Source of the DNA: Candidatus Nanohalalkaliarchaeum halalkaliphilum
GTDB taxonomy: Archaea; Nanohalarchaeota; Nanosalinia; Nanosalinales; Nanohalalkaliarchaeaceae
Length of the DNA stretch: 47,532 nucleotides
Direction of reading: 5' to 3'
NCBI GenBank assembly: GCA_022729315.1
Contig: JALDAF010000002.1
Coordinates: 1 to 47,532 of the forward strand
Of this stretch, positions 10,263 through 20,300 are shown piece after piece. The notes beneath the pieces were generated by a model. That model saw only the letters and a program-made list of their open reading frames with translations. It did not search any database and had not been told where the DNA came from. The stretch's first letter is position 1; every line of letters begins with the position of its first letter. A program made the position numbers and the translations under genes.

Positions 10263-10712
10263 TCAGTGCTGTGGAAGCTGGTCTTCGATCCAGTCCTTGA
10301 GTGTGACCCGGTCCTTGTTGTTCTTCTCAGCGACCAGCACTTCCTCCAGGTCCAGGTCGTTCTCCATAACCTCGTGCTTGACCTCCGGGATCGTGCCCTT
10401 CACGACTTCATCGTAATCCACGGCGTCATCGTCTTCCGAACCATCATCTCCTGCGGTGTCCGGTGTATCGTCGTCTTCCGATCCAACCGGCTCCTCTTCC
10501 AGGCGTTCACTGTCATCGTTCTCTGCCTGTTCGTCTTCTACTTTTTCGCCTTTCTGGTGTCCGCAGTGTGGGCACTCATCAGCATAGATGTTGACGCGTG
10601 CACCGCATGATGGACAGGGAATCTGATCCCGTCTCTTACTCCAGAGATAGAGAAGGTAGATAAGGGCTGCCCCGACAAGGACGATAGCAACGATCCGTAT
10701 ATCCTGTACCAT
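10263..10712 (-). CDS. Membrane-anchored zinc-ribbon protein with acidic linker and small helical C-terminal domain
   Basis: N-terminal TM helix, CPSC...CPHC, D/E linker, C-terminal E.....R.TL motif; start 10712 or GTG 10724. Confidence 0.75.
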   Translation of the reverse strand: MVQDIRIVAIVLVGAALIYLLYLWSKRRDQIPCPSCGARVNIYADECPHCGHQKGEKVEDEQAENDDSERLEEEPVGSEDDDTPDTAGDDGSEDDDAVDYDEVVKGTIPEVKHEVMENDLDLEEVLVAEKNNKDRVTLKDWIEDQLPQH

Positions 10713-10794
10713 GTATCTCGACACCTACACCTTTATAGAAGTGACTACAGTATAAAAATGTGTCGCCAGAACGGCGGCACGGAGGGCATGATCT

Positions 10795-11457
10795 ATGAAC
10801 GCATTACCGATTCTGATCGTGAACCTGAAGACGTACCAGAACGGCTCCGGTGAAAGCGCACTGGATCTGGCATATACCTGTGAGAAAGTGGCGAAACAGG
10901 AGGACGTAAACATCGCAGTAGCAGTGCAGAACGCGGACCTGTTCCGCATATCTGAGAAGACGGATCTTCCGGTGTTCGCACAGCACATGGACCCCGCCGA
11001 ACAGGGCGCCAACACCGGGAAAGATGTTGCCGAAACGCTTGCAGAGAACGGGGCGGATGGCGTCCTTATCAACCATTCAGAGGACCAGGTGTCGCTGGAG
11101 ACGATCGAAGCCGTGGTGAAGCGTGCAAAAAAGAACCAGTTGCAGACCGTGGTCTGTATCGATGTACCGGACATGGCGGAGGAAGTGACCTCCTTCAAGC
11201 CCGACTTCATCGCCTACGAACCCACAGAACTGATCGGCGGTAACGTATCCGTTTCAACGGCGGAGCCTGAACTTGTCGAGTCGGCTGTGGAGAACACGTC
11301 ACGGACCGTTCTCTGCGGTGCCGGTATCAAGACCCAGGAAGACGTTGAGACCGCACTGGAACTGGGAACAGATGGAGTGCTGGTGGCGTCAGGAATCGTG
11401 AAGGCAAAGCATCCTGAGGAGGCACTCCGGGATCTTGTTGCAGGGATGAAAGGATGA
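10795..11457 (+). CDS. tpiA: Triosephosphate isomerase, archaeal type
   Basis: VNLKTY, FAQH, LINHSE, IAYEP.ELIG, LCGAGI, GVLVASG. Confidence 0.96.
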   Translation: MNALPILIVNLKTYQNGSGESALDLAYTCEKVAKQEDVNIAVAVQNADLFRISEKTDLPVFAQHMDPAEQGANTGKDVAETLAENGADGVLINHSEDQVSLETIEAVVKRAKKNQLQTVVCIDVPDMAEEVTSFKPDFIAYEPTELIGGNVSVSTAEPELVESAVENTSRTVLCGAGIKTQEDVETALELGTDGVLVASGIVKAKHPEEALRDLVAGMKG

Positions 11458-11948
11458 CGACAGCACTATTTATCGGCCGATTCCAGCCGTTTCACAGGGG
11501 CCACTATAATGCCGTGCAGACCGCGCTTGACACGTACGACGAGCTTATTCTCGGGATCGGCAGTGCCGAAACGCACCACGAACCGGACAACCCGTTGACC
11601 TTCGGGGAGCGGAAACGCATCGTCCAGAACTGTTTCCCCGGCATGCGGATCGAGGGATTCCAGGACCGCGATAGTAACGAGGAGTGGACAGATACTGTCG
11701 AGGAACGTGTTGAGTTCGATGTGATCATCTCCGGAAACCCGCTCGTCCGGAAGCTTCTCGGAAACTGCGGGTATGCTGTCGAAGATCCAGACTATCTCCA
11801 GCCGGACCGGTACTCCGGGACCGCGATCCGGCAACGGATCGTGAACGGCGAAGACTGGCAGTCCTGCGTCCCGGACTGCTCACTGGAACTGCTTGAAGAA
11901 TACGGGTTCGAGGGACGGCTGCGGGATATTGCAGCAGAGGAATCGTAG
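11454..11948 (+). CDS. nadM: Nicotinamide-nucleotide adenylyltransferase
   Basis: FIGRFQPFHRGH, IGSA, NPLTFGER, SGTAIR; ATGA overlap with tpiA. Confidence 0.92.
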   Translation: MTTALFIGRFQPFHRGHYNAVQTALDTYDELILGIGSAETHHEPDNPLTFGERKRIVQNCFPGMRIEGFQDRDSNEEWTDTVEERVEFDVIISGNPLVRKLLGNCGYAVEDPDYLQPDRYSGTAIRQRIVNGEDWQSCVPDCSLELLEEYGFEGRLRDIAAEES

Positions 11949-11966
11949 AAACCGTTCATGCCACTT

Positions 11967-12215
11967 TTATGTAATAAGATTGTATTCCCGATCAGTTGTG
12001 GAAACAAGGTTCTCCACAACCAGATCTCCCATGATTGCCCTGCTCTTAAAGAACTCCTCTTCCTCCTCGTCGTATCCAAGACGATCCACAATCTCATCTG
12101 TGGACAACGCATCTTCTGCATGATACAGTGTGCAGAGTACATCATGTTTGTACTGCGCAACCTCTTCAGGCTGGTTTTCAAAATACTTCGCCCACGGGGC
12201 CTCGAACTCGGTCAT
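11967..12215 (-). CDS. Small winged-helix-like hypothetical protein
   Basis: 82 aa, acidic, LSTDEIVDRLG...MGDLV.ENLV. Confidence 0.55.
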   Translation of the reverse strand: MTEFEAPWAKYFENQPEEVAQYKHDVLCTLYHAEDALSTDEIVDRLGYDEEEEEFFKSRAIMGDLVVENLVSTTDREYNLIT

Positions 12216-12279
12216 AACATGCTACATCGTACCAATCATTAAATATGTTACAGCGTCTGATACGGGATTTTACACGAAA

Positions 12280-13167
12280 TTAGAATTCAGGATGCGGCGG
12301 TAGCTCCTGCTTGAACCGGTTCTTCTCCACGCGTTCACGGACCTGTTTGACGTCTTCCGCGGAGACGGCTGACACGGCGTCTGCGATCGAATCATCCGGT
12401 AGCTGTAGCTGGACTCCGGTCAGCACCCGGTCCAGCACCTCGTACGGGAACGTTAGTTCGTCTGCATCCGTCTGACCCTTCCACAGGTCCGCGGTCGGCG
12501 TTTTCTCGATGATATCCGCCGGGACGTTCAGGTATTCCGCCAGATCCTTCTCCGTGGTCTTGTACAGGTTGTACAGCGCCTCGTTGTCGACGCCACCCAG
12601 TCCGTCCGCCGCCATCGTCATGTAGCCCAGGTCACGTTCCGACGCGTTCGTGGTGCCGGCCACCAGTGCACTCCGCGCCTTTGCACTGTCACGCAGCACG
12701 ATCATCCGGCACCGGGCCAGCACGTTCCCCTGTTTCACGCGCTGCGTCCGCTCATCATCCACGGGCTCACCCAGTTCCGTCAGGTCGTCCACGATACCAT
12801 CGACCCGGTCACGGAACAGGGCCTGGTCGTTCGTCGTGATATCCAGGTCGTTCGCGACACGGACCGCATGGTTGATGTCCGCTTCCCGCGTATGGTTTGC
12901 CGGCATGATGACACCGTGCACGCGTTCCGGTCCGACCGCTTTCACCAGGAGGTGGGCGACCGTGGCAGAGTCGATACCGCCGCTGAGCCCGACCACATAG
13001 CCGTTCATCCCGGATTCCTCCAGATGCTGCCGGTAAAAGTTTATGATCACGTCCGTGATACGTCGGGCTTCGTCCGGCGTGATCGTCAGCAGGGCGTGCG
13101 GATTATCGCGGTACGTCTGCAGGAACCCTTCCCGGTTGTCCGGCGTGTAGGCGTGGATCGATGGCAT
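12280..13167 (-). CDS. nadE: NH3-dependent NAD(+) synthetase
   Basis: GLSGGIDSA, GN..AR.RM, GTTN.SE, PTADLWKGQTD.DEL. Confidence 0.92.
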   Translation of the reverse strand: MPSIHAYTPDNREGFLQTYRDNPHALLTITPDEARRITDVIINFYRQHLEESGMNGYVVGLSGGIDSATVAHLLVKAVGPERVHGVIMPANHTREADINHAVRVANDLDITTNDQALFRDRVDGIVDDLTELGEPVDDERTQRVKQGNVLARCRMIVLRDSAKARSALVAGTTNASERDLGYMTMAADGLGGVDNEALYNLYKTTEKDLAEYLNVPADIIEKTPTADLWKGQTDADELTFPYEVLDRVLTGVQLQLPDDSIADAVSAVSAEDVKQVRERVEKNRFKQELPPHPEF

Positions 13168-13188
13168 TGGCGGTCACCGCATGTGCAG

Positions 13189-13914
13189 TTATTCCTCAAC
13201 AAGTTCGAATTCGAGGCGTTCCACGTCCGCACCTTTCGATACACGGTCAACGATATTGACCTTCCCGATCTCTCTGAGGCGGTTGACGTGGGTGCCGCCA
13301 CAGGGGCAGATATCGATATCCGCGATCTTGACGATACGGAGCGGATCCACCGTGTCCGGGATCAGGTCCAGGTTGGTGCGGCCGTCCGCGACCCTGTTCT
13401 CAACCTCTTCCCGTGCCATGTTCTGCTTTTCCACGGCCAGGTCCTGACCGATGATCTCGTTCGCTTTCTGTTCGATCCATTCCACATCATCCTCCGAGAA
13501 CGCAGCCGGTTCGAAGTCGATGCGGGACCGGTCCGCGTGAATCTGGTTGCCGGCCGTGGTAGCATCGTACTCGTCCAGCACGACCTTTGAGATCACGTGC
13601 TGTGCAGTATGCATCCGCCGGTACTTGGCGCGGAGCTCCTCATCGATCGTGCCGTGGATCGTGTCTCCTTCTGCCGGGAGTTCGCCGTCAAGGTTATCGA
13701 TATAGTGGCGGACCGCTCCACCATCCTTCTGAACGTCCGTCACGTCTGCTGAGCCATCGGGCCATTCCAGTCGTCCCCGGTCCGCTGGCTGACCTCCGCC
13801 TTCCGGGTAGAAGTAGGTACCATCCAGCACGATGTAGTCGTCGTGGGCTGCAACCACGGTTGTTGTGAACTCGGTCTCGTAATCGTCATCCGGGAGATAC
13901 AGTAACTCTGTCAT
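13189..13914 (-). CDS. alaX: Alanyl-tRNA editing protein AlaX
   Basis: FYPEGGGQPADRG, HTAQH and CGGTH zinc motifs. Confidence 0.94.
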   Translation of the reverse strand: MTELLYLPDDDYETEFTTTVVAAHDDYIVLDGTYFYPEGGGQPADRGRLEWPDGSADVTDVQKDGGAVRHYIDNLDGELPAEGDTIHGTIDEELRAKYRRMHTAQHVISKVVLDEYDATTAGNQIHADRSRIDFEPAAFSEDDVEWIEQKANEIIGQDLAVEKQNMAREEVENRVADGRTNLDLIPDTVDPLRIVKIADIDICPCGGTHVNRLREIGKVNIVDRVSKGADVERLEFELVEE

Positions 13915-13971
13915 GTGCCTTTGGTTTCGAAGACAGTGTTAAAAAACGTGTCGGTCTTCCTTATTTTCCGT

Positions 13972-14754
13972 CTACCGGGTGATGTCGCAGGACGCTGTAT
14001 GCTTCCCCACACAGCGCTTTGGCGTGTTTCCGCGGCTCCCCTGCAACCCTTCTGCCTCCTGCAGGTCATCCGCAGACAGGAACTGCGTGGCGTCGACCAT
14101 CTCCGGGTCATACCGCTCTTCCAGCACCGTGAACAGGTCGAACGCCACCACGGCCAGGTCGTCCGCGAACGCGTCCGGATCCACACCGTCCTCTTCAAGC
14201 ATCTTCCGGAACGTGTCGCTGGCAGGATACGTCCCATCAAGCGGGTCCTCTTCGTACCAGCACATCCTCCCTGTTGTCACGTCGCGTGTATTGCGGAGTG
14301 ATAACCCGGCCACCTGTGTCGCGTAGTCACCGTCGGCAGGGTTGTCCCGAATATAGATATCGGCTTCACGTGGATCATACCGCAGGTTGTCCTCCGGATA
14401 GCTGTCCGACAGCAGATCCATGCCATGCCCCGCCCAGTCCCGCTGCAGTTCGGCGTGGTTTCGACTGAACGTACCGCTGGACCGAGGCATGGACCGCATA
14501 TAGCATTTCGTGGCATCCGGTGCGTGGTACCACGTGTAACCGCCGTCCGGCCGTACCGCGGCTCCTTCCTCGCTCCGTCCACGGATAGGGAACGGATCCT
14601 CCTGGTGGTCCATGAGTACTACCACGTTCTCATCGACGTCTGCGGCTCGTTTCTCGGCTGCGTATACAGTCGCCGCGATCTGTTCCGGTGCGCCGTACGT
14701 GGCCCCGTTCAGTTCGATCTCGTTTTCGATGTTAAGCAGGTATGCGTCCGTCAT
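13972..14754 (-). CDS. Divergent LplA/BPL-fold-like hypothetical protein
   Basis: Directly downstream of lplA; RPDGGYTWYH and ADIY...QVAGLS echo the RR..GGG..Y and ND...KI.G motifs; start moved to ATG 14754. Confidence 0.55.
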   Translation of the reverse strand: MTDAYLLNIENEIELNGATYGAPEQIAATVYAAEKRAADVDENVVVLMDHQEDPFPIRGRSEEGAAVRPDGGYTWYHAPDATKCYMRSMPRSSGTFSRNHAELQRDWAGHGMDLLSDSYPEDNLRYDPREADIYIRDNPADGDYATQVAGLSLRNTRDVTTGRMCWYEEDPLDGTYPASDTFRKMLEEDGVDPDAFADDLAVVAFDLFTVLEERYDPEMVDATQFLSADDLQEAEGLQGSRGNTPKRCVGKHTASCDITR

Positions 14755-14762
14755 CGGTATCC

Positions 14763-15518
14763 CTACGTGCTGTTCCGGTACAGCCAGGCGTCGCTCCGGT
14801 ATTTTTTTGCCATCCGCTGTGCGTTCGTCCATTCCAGATCCAGCCATCCCTCGGTTTCATACGGTTTCCCCTCGAGGAACGCCTGTTTCAACGCCTCCCG
14901 GGTCTCGTCGAACGATGCGTCTGACTCCTGTGTCACCGCGGAGACACGGTCCTGGAACTGTTCAATCCGTTTATCCGCTTTTTTGTCTTCTCCCGGAGTC
15001 AGGAACGTGAACATCTCTTCCGGATCCACCTCGTACAGAAGTGTGCCGCCGACGTATACCACGCCGTGCGCGGTCCGGGCTGTGGCGCCGGATATCTTAC
15101 CATTTTCAGTGACCACGTCGTTTATCGGCTCGTACCGGGCGTCGATCCCGATCCGTTCGACCGCGTCCGCCACGAGGGTACAGGTCTGCTCGTAGATCGC
15201 GTTCAGATCATCCGGGAACAGTTCTTCCGGTCCAATGATCCCCCACGTGATCTCTCCGTCCCGGGTCAGGTAGGTGGTGCCGCCAGCGCCCTGCCGCCGT
15301 ACGATCGGTATGCCTTCATCGTCCGCCGCTGAAACGTCCACCTCGTCCGCCACCGTCTGCGTGTAGCCGACGTTGATACAGTTCCGGTCCCAGCCTGCCA
15401 GCCAGACTATTGGCTGCCCCGTACCCTGTACGCTGCTGATCGCAACATCATTGAACGCGGTCTTCACGTACGGATCATAGCGCTGGAACGGGATGAACCG
15501 CCACGTCTCCTCATCCAT
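14763..15518 (-). CDS. lplA: Lipoate-protein ligase family protein (catalytic domain only)
   Basis: VRRQGAGGTTY, INDV....GKISGA; GGAGG before ATG 15518. Confidence 0.88.
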   Translation of the reverse strand: MDEETWRFIPFQRYDPYVKTAFNDVAISSVQGTGQPIVWLAGWDRNCINVGYTQTVADEVDVSAADDEGIPIVRRQGAGGTTYLTRDGEITWGIIGPEELFPDDLNAIYEQTCTLVADAVERIGIDARYEPINDVVTENGKISGATARTAHGVVYVGGTLLYEVDPEEMFTFLTPGEDKKADKRIEQFQDRVSAVTQESDASFDETREALKQAFLEGKPYETEGWLDLEWTNAQRMAKKYRSDAWLYRNST

Positions 15519-15566
15519 ACCCTCCACTGCCAATCAAAACTATAAGTTGGTATTCCCGGAAGGGTG

Positions 15567-16316
15567 TTACACCTGTCGAACGAACCGGCCCAGTTCTGTC
15601 GCGATCCGTCCAGGGGCATCATACAACACCATGTGGGAGGCATCAACCCATACCGGGTCACAGCCCAGCAGGCCGGCAGCCTCACGGATCGATTCCGCAG
15701 GGATTACCTCATCCTTCTCCCCGCCTATCACCTGCACCGGTACCGTCAGATCTGTGAGGGCGTCCCGGACATCGTACCGTTTTACTGCCTGCAGCGAATC
15801 CCGTAACAGGCCGGTTCCTGCATCCCTGATACGTCTCTCCATGAACGTGCGGACCGGATCGTTCCGTCCCTCCGGAACATAGTTCTCCACCATCTCCTCC
15901 GCCCAAGTTTCCCGGTCCATCGTCTCCAGTCCCTCCAGAACGTCGTCCAGTGACCTGGCTCGGAGCTCCGGCGTCCGGGCACCGGCACATAACACGCTGA
16001 CACCGGCCAGTTCATCGTACAGCGCGGCATAGGTGAGTGCGACCATGCCGCCCAGGGAGTGACCAACGATCACCGGGTCCTCCAGTCCACAGTCCATCAC
16101 CAGCCGATACAGATCACCTGCCAGTTCCTGTAACGAGTCGAACCGGGTGCAGAATGAGTCGCCGTGGCACCGCTGATCGTAGTACAGCTTCGGGTTCGGC
16201 ACGTCTAGGTGCGTGTCCACCCGGGTCCAGGCGTTCCGGTCACCGAGCCATCCGTGGACAAAAACTATCGGGACACCATCTCCCGTCACGATATCGTACG
16301 CGATCCGCTGTTCCAT
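15567..16316 (-). CDS. Alpha/beta hydrolase
   Basis: FVHGW, DQRCHG.S, GHSLGG nucleophile elbow, GEKD, ASH. Confidence 0.9.
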   Translation of the reverse strand: MEQRIAYDIVTGDGVPIVFVHGWLGDRNAWTRVDTHLDVPNPKLYYDQRCHGDSFCTRFDSLQELAGDLYRLVMDCGLEDPVIVGHSLGGMVALTYAALYDELAGVSVLCAGARTPELRARSLDDVLEGLETMDRETWAEEMVENYVPEGRNDPVRTFMERRIRDAGTGLLRDSLQAVKRYDVRDALTDLTVPVQVIGGEKDEVIPAESIREAAGLLGCDPVWVDASHMVLYDAPGRIATELGRFVRQV

Positions 16317-16393
16317 ACATCGGTACAGGTCGGCCCAGATTAAAGAATATAGTGCCGAATATACTGTGCCCTATCCATCCTCCGGATACGCGA

Positions 16394-17164
16394 TTACCAG
16401 TGTCGAACCAGCCAGTCCCACAGCCGTGTCGGGAGCACCGTCTTCAGTTTGGGAGCGATCCATGCTATCCGTGTCACGGTGTACCTGGCACGTGGCCTGT
16501 CCGTTTCGACGGCGTACACGATCCTGTCCGCTGCCACGCGTGTCGGTGCACCTCGGTGCTCCGGTTCCAGCAGCTCCCGGTACCGGTCCGCGTAGATCGA
16601 GTCCGGCAGGTAGCGTTTCACCATCTGCCGGCCACGCTCGTTGAACCCGGTATGGATCGGTCCCGGCTCGATCACCACAACATCCACATCGAACTCGCAC
16701 ACCTCCATCCGCAGCGCGTCACTGAGACCTTCCACCGCGTGCTTGCTGGCCGCATACGCCCCGAAGAATGGTCCTGACACCTTTCCCGCGACCGAGGAGA
16801 TATTGATGATGCGACCCTGTTTCTCACGGAGCATCGGGAGCGCGGCCCGGGTCACGTTCAGCAACCCGAACACGTTTGAGCGGAAATGCTCTTCCACCAC
16901 ATCCAGAGACTGGTCCTCGATGGCGCCACGTTCCTGCACACCAGCACAGTTCACCAGCACGGAAAACTCCTCCTCCGCCAGGACCTCATTCACCCGATCC
17001 TCGTCGTACACGTCCCCGTGATATATGGTGATGGCGGACGGAAGGTCCTGCAGCGCAGTCTTATCCCGGTCGTACACGATGACCTTGTATCCCTTCTCCA
17101 CCAGCTGCTCCGCCGTGGCCTTCCCGATGCCGTTCGCTCCACCCGTGATAAAGACTCCGTTCAT
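16394..17164 (-). CDS. Short-chain dehydrogenase/reductase
   Basis: TGGANGIG, NCAG, SS, YAASK. Confidence 0.93.
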   Translation of the reverse strand: MNGVFITGGANGIGKATAEQLVEKGYKVIVYDRDKTALQDLPSAITIYHGDVYDEDRVNEVLAEEEFSVLVNCAGVQERGAIEDQSLDVVEEHFRSNVFGLLNVTRAALPMLREKQGRIINISSVAGKVSGPFFGAYAASKHAVEGLSDALRMEVCEFDVDVVVIEPGPIHTGFNERGRQMVKRYLPDSIYADRYRELLEPEHRGAPTRVAADRIVYAVETDRPRARYTVTRIAWIAPKLKTVLPTRLWDWLVRHW

Positions 17165-17997
17165 CGGTCATCCCCCGGCGTGATCGCATCCGAGACGCAG
17201 CGCAGCAGCTCCTCAAGCAAAAATCCGCGGCCGTACCGGTCCACTGCTGCATCGCCCGCAGCACCGTTCACCTGTGCTGCAGTGAATGCCCCCTGGAACG
17301 GCGAGCTACCCTGCGCGATGAGTGCTGCAGCGATACCGGCCAGCACATCTCCGGTGCCGCCCTTCGCCATGTACGGGTTTCCGGCTGGACTGGTCTCGGT
17401 CCGGTCACCGTTTGAAACGATATCCGTCGGGCCTTTCAGCAGGATGGTGCATCCCATCTGGTCCGCATACCGGGACACCAGCGTCTCCCGCTCATCCGGA
17501 TCTGAGGGAAGTTCCTCGCCCGTACATTCTGTAAACTCTGTATCGTGCGGTGTCAGCACCGTGTTTTCGTTGAGCGTATCGTCGTCCACTGCCTGCAGGG
17601 CGTCCGCATCCACCACGACGGGGCCTTCCGCGCGGCCGAGAACCTCACTGACCAGGTTCAGCGTGGTGTAATGGGTGCCGAGACCGGGGCCGATCACGGT
17701 GCAGTCAGCTGTCTCCATGAGCGAGACGATGCTATCGGTATGATGTTCTTCGAGGCGTTCACCGTCCAGCGCGACCGGGATCAGATCCATCGCGAACGAT
17801 GCGCTGTTCCAGGCACTTTCCTCTGGCGCAGCGACCCGGGCGAGGTCGCAGCCCGCGCGGAGTGCTGCGATGCCAACGATGGCAGGCGTGTTCAGGTACT
17901 GTTCGGATCCAGCGACGACCAGCACCTCTCCACTGTCTCCTTTTCTATCGTTCTGGTCGCGGTCATGCAGATCCTGGGAATATGGCATCTGTTCCAT
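17161..17997 (-). CDS. nnrD: ADP-dependent NAD(P)H-hydrate dehydratase
   Basis: KGDSG.VLVVAGS, GPGLG, VVDADAL, LTPH..EF, GGTGDVLAG. Confidence 0.9.
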   Translation of the reverse strand: MEQMPYSQDLHDRDQNDRKGDSGEVLVVAGSEQYLNTPAIVGIAALRAGCDLARVAAPEESAWNSASFAMDLIPVALDGERLEEHHTDSIVSLMETADCTVIGPGLGTHYTTLNLVSEVLGRAEGPVVVDADALQAVDDDTLNENTVLTPHDTEFTECTGEELPSDPDERETLVSRYADQMGCTILLKGPTDIVSNGDRTETSPAGNPYMAKGGTGDVLAGIAAALIAQGSSPFQGAFTAAQVNGAAGDAAVDRYGRGFLLEELLRCVSDAITPGDDR

Positions 17998-18033
17998 ACC
18001 CGTGTTTTGGTGGCAGAGATAATAAAGTTTAAA

Positions 18034-18045
18034 TACGACGGAGTA
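18034..18045. promoter_or_regulatory. Candidate TrmB operator overlapping the gap TATA box
   Basis: TACGACGGAGTA within the inverted repeat AATAC-N6-GTATT, overlapping TTTAAATA. Confidence 0.3.
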
Positions 18046-18060
18046 TTACGTTGTATTACG

Positions 18061-19050
18061 ATGAGGGTGGCGATCAACGGGTTCGGCCGTATCGGACGGT
18101 GCATGTTCCGGGCTGCGGCGGACAGAGACGATATCGATATCGTGGCGATAAACGATCTGGCAGATCCTGACGACCTACACTATCTCCTGAAGTACGACTC
18201 CGTGCACGGCTCCTATGACAGAGGATCACTGGAGGACGGCGCACTGGTGTTCGACGACACCAGTATCCCGCTGTACCAGGAGCAGGACCCGTCGCAGCTG
18301 CCGTGGGATGCGCACGGTGTGGACGTGGCGCTGGAAAGCACCGGCGTGTTCCGTAAACGGAGCGGTGCGGCACAGCACCTTGACGCCGGAGCGGAACACG
18401 TGTTGATCTCCGCCCCGGCAACGAGCGATGATGTCCCGCAGATCGTGTACGGCGTCAACCATGAAACGTACAGCGGGGAACGGGTCGTGTCCAACGCATC
18501 CTGCACCACGAACTGTCTGGCCCCGATGGCCAAGGTGCTGCACGACCGGTTCGGTATCAACACAGGACTGCTGACCACGGTCCACGCCTACACGGGCTCC
18601 CAGAAGCTGATCGATGGACCGTTGGGGAAGCGGCGGCGCGGCCGGTCCGCGGCTGAAAACATCGTTCCGACCACGACAGGGGCGGCGAACGCGGTGACCT
18701 CTGTCATCCCTGAACTGGACGGCAGGCTGGATGGGATGGCGATGCGGGTGCCGACGCCGAACGGGAGCGTGGCCGATCTGGTGGTTGACCTGGCACAGGA
18801 CGTGAGTGTATCCGATGTGAACAGTGCGTTCAAGGATGCGGCGACCAACGAGATGGATGGCGTACTCCGGTATGCAGAGGATGCGCTGGTGTCCCGCGAC
18901 ATCATCGGCGACCCGCACTCCTGTATCATTGACGGGCCGTCAACGATGCAGGTGGAAAACGGCTTGGTCAAGGCGCTCGGATGGTATGACAACGAGTACG
19001 GGTTCGCATGCCGTATGCTTGACACGGCACGGTACGTGCACAGAAACTGA
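18061..19050 (+). CDS. gap: Type I glyceraldehyde-3-phosphate dehydrogenase
   Basis: MRVAINGFGRIGR, SNASCTTNCLAP, TTVHAYT, WYDNEYG; true start 18061 (the track's 17545 extension overlaps nnrD). Confidence 0.96.
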   Translation: MRVAINGFGRIGRCMFRAAADRDDIDIVAINDLADPDDLHYLLKYDSVHGSYDRGSLEDGALVFDDTSIPLYQEQDPSQLPWDAHGVDVALESTGVFRKRSGAAQHLDAGAEHVLISAPATSDDVPQIVYGVNHETYSGERVVSNASCTTNCLAPMAKVLHDRFGINTGLLTTVHAYTGSQKLIDGPLGKRRRGRSAAENIVPTTTGAANAVTSVIPELDGRLDGMAMRVPTPNGSVADLVVDLAQDVSVSDVNSAFKDAATNEMDGVLRYAEDALVSRDIIGDPHSCIIDGPSTMQVENGLVKALGWYDNEYGFACRMLDTARYVHRN

Positions 19051-19056
19051 TCCACC

Positions 19057-20271
19057 ATGACCTGTTTCAATACGATCGACGATATGCCGGCACGGCAGAC
19101 CGTGCTTACGAGGATAGATATCAACGCACCCGTCAAAGAGGGTGTGGTGCAGGACTGTAAACGGTTTGAGCGGCATGCTGCCACTATAACGGATCTTCTG
19201 GACCGTGGGCACGCCGTGGCGTTGCTGGCGCATCAGGGGCGGCCCGGTCGCGATTCGTATATGGCGCTGGAGCAGCATGCGGACATCCTTTCAACGCGGC
19301 TTCGTCGGGAGGTGCGGTACGTCGATGATGTGGGCGGTGAGAAGGCGGCAACCGCTGTGAACAGTCTTGATGCCGGGGACGTGCTGTTGCTTGAGAACAC
19401 CAGGTTTTCAGACCATGAACTGCGGGAACTACCTCCGGAACGGCACGCGGAGAACGGGTTTGTGCAGAACCTGTCGGCTGCCGCGGACTGTTTCGTGAAC
19501 GATGCGTACTCGGCAGCCCACCGGTCGCACGCCTCACTTGTCGGGTTTCCTGCTGTGATGGATGCGTATGCCGGACCGGTCATGGCACAGGAGTACAGAC
19601 ATAATTCGCGGATCAGAAACGGGCTGGACGGCAGGACCACGATAGTGCTGGGCGGGAAAAAGACCGGTGATGTACTGCACGTGATGGACCGGCTGATCGC
19701 GGATGATGCCGTTGACTCGTTCCTGATGGGCGGACTGGTCGGTGAACTGTTCCTGCGGGCGGAAGGGCATGATGTCGGATACGATGTTGATGATAGCCGG
19801 TTCATGCACAAGCAGTGGCTGGCGTACCGTGACACGGTGAAACGGTTGCTTGCCGACCACCGTGGCAGGATCCACCTCCCGCTGGACCTTGCGTTCCATG
19901 ACGCTGACCGGGAGCGGACAGAAGTAGCTGTTTCCGATGCTGCAAAGGAAGAACCGTACTGGGATATCGGCCATGAGACGATGGAGCAGTACACGCGCAT
20001 CATACGTCACAGTGACGCGGTCCTCGTGAAGGGGGCGCCCGGCGTGTTCGAGGACGAGACGTTCGCGCACGGGACGAAAACGCTTCTCGAAGCGATCGGA
20101 ACGCACGGGTGTTTCTCCGTGGTGGGTGGCGGCGATACGTCCCGCTGCATCGACCTGTACGATCTGGACGAAACTGATTTCGACCACGTGTCTATCGCGG
20201 GCGGCGCCTACATCCGGGCATTGACCGGGGAACCCCTTCCCGCCGTTGAGGCACTGCGGGTCCAAAGATGA
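19057..20271 (+). CDS. pgk: Phosphoglycerate kinase
   Basis: RIDIN.P, HQGRPG, LLENTRF, FVNDAYSAAHR.HAS, GGGDT, HVSIAGGA. Confidence 0.95.
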   Translation: MTCFNTIDDMPARQTVLTRIDINAPVKEGVVQDCKRFERHAATITDLLDRGHAVALLAHQGRPGRDSYMALEQHADILSTRLRREVRYVDDVGGEKAATAVNSLDAGDVLLLENTRFSDHELRELPPERHAENGFVQNLSAAADCFVNDAYSAAHRSHASLVGFPAVMDAYAGPVMAQEYRHNSRIRNGLDGRTTIVLGGKKTGDVLHVMDRLIADDAVDSFLMGGLVGELFLRAEGHDVGYDVDDSRFMHKQWLAYRDTVKRLLADHRGRIHLPLDLAFHDADRERTEVAVSDAAKEEPYWDIGHETMEQYTRIIRHSDAVLVKGAPGVFEDETFAHGTKTLLEAIGTHGCFSVVGGGDTSRCIDLYDLDETDFDHVSIAGGAYIRALTGEPLPAVEALRVQR

Positions 20272-20300
20272 TGTGTTCACCGCGAACGTATTCTGAGGAG

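Noticed and set aside
17545..18060. Long N-terminal extension of GAPDH
   Set aside because: Antisense to nnrD; canonical MRVAINGFGRIG start at 18061 with a TATA box upstream
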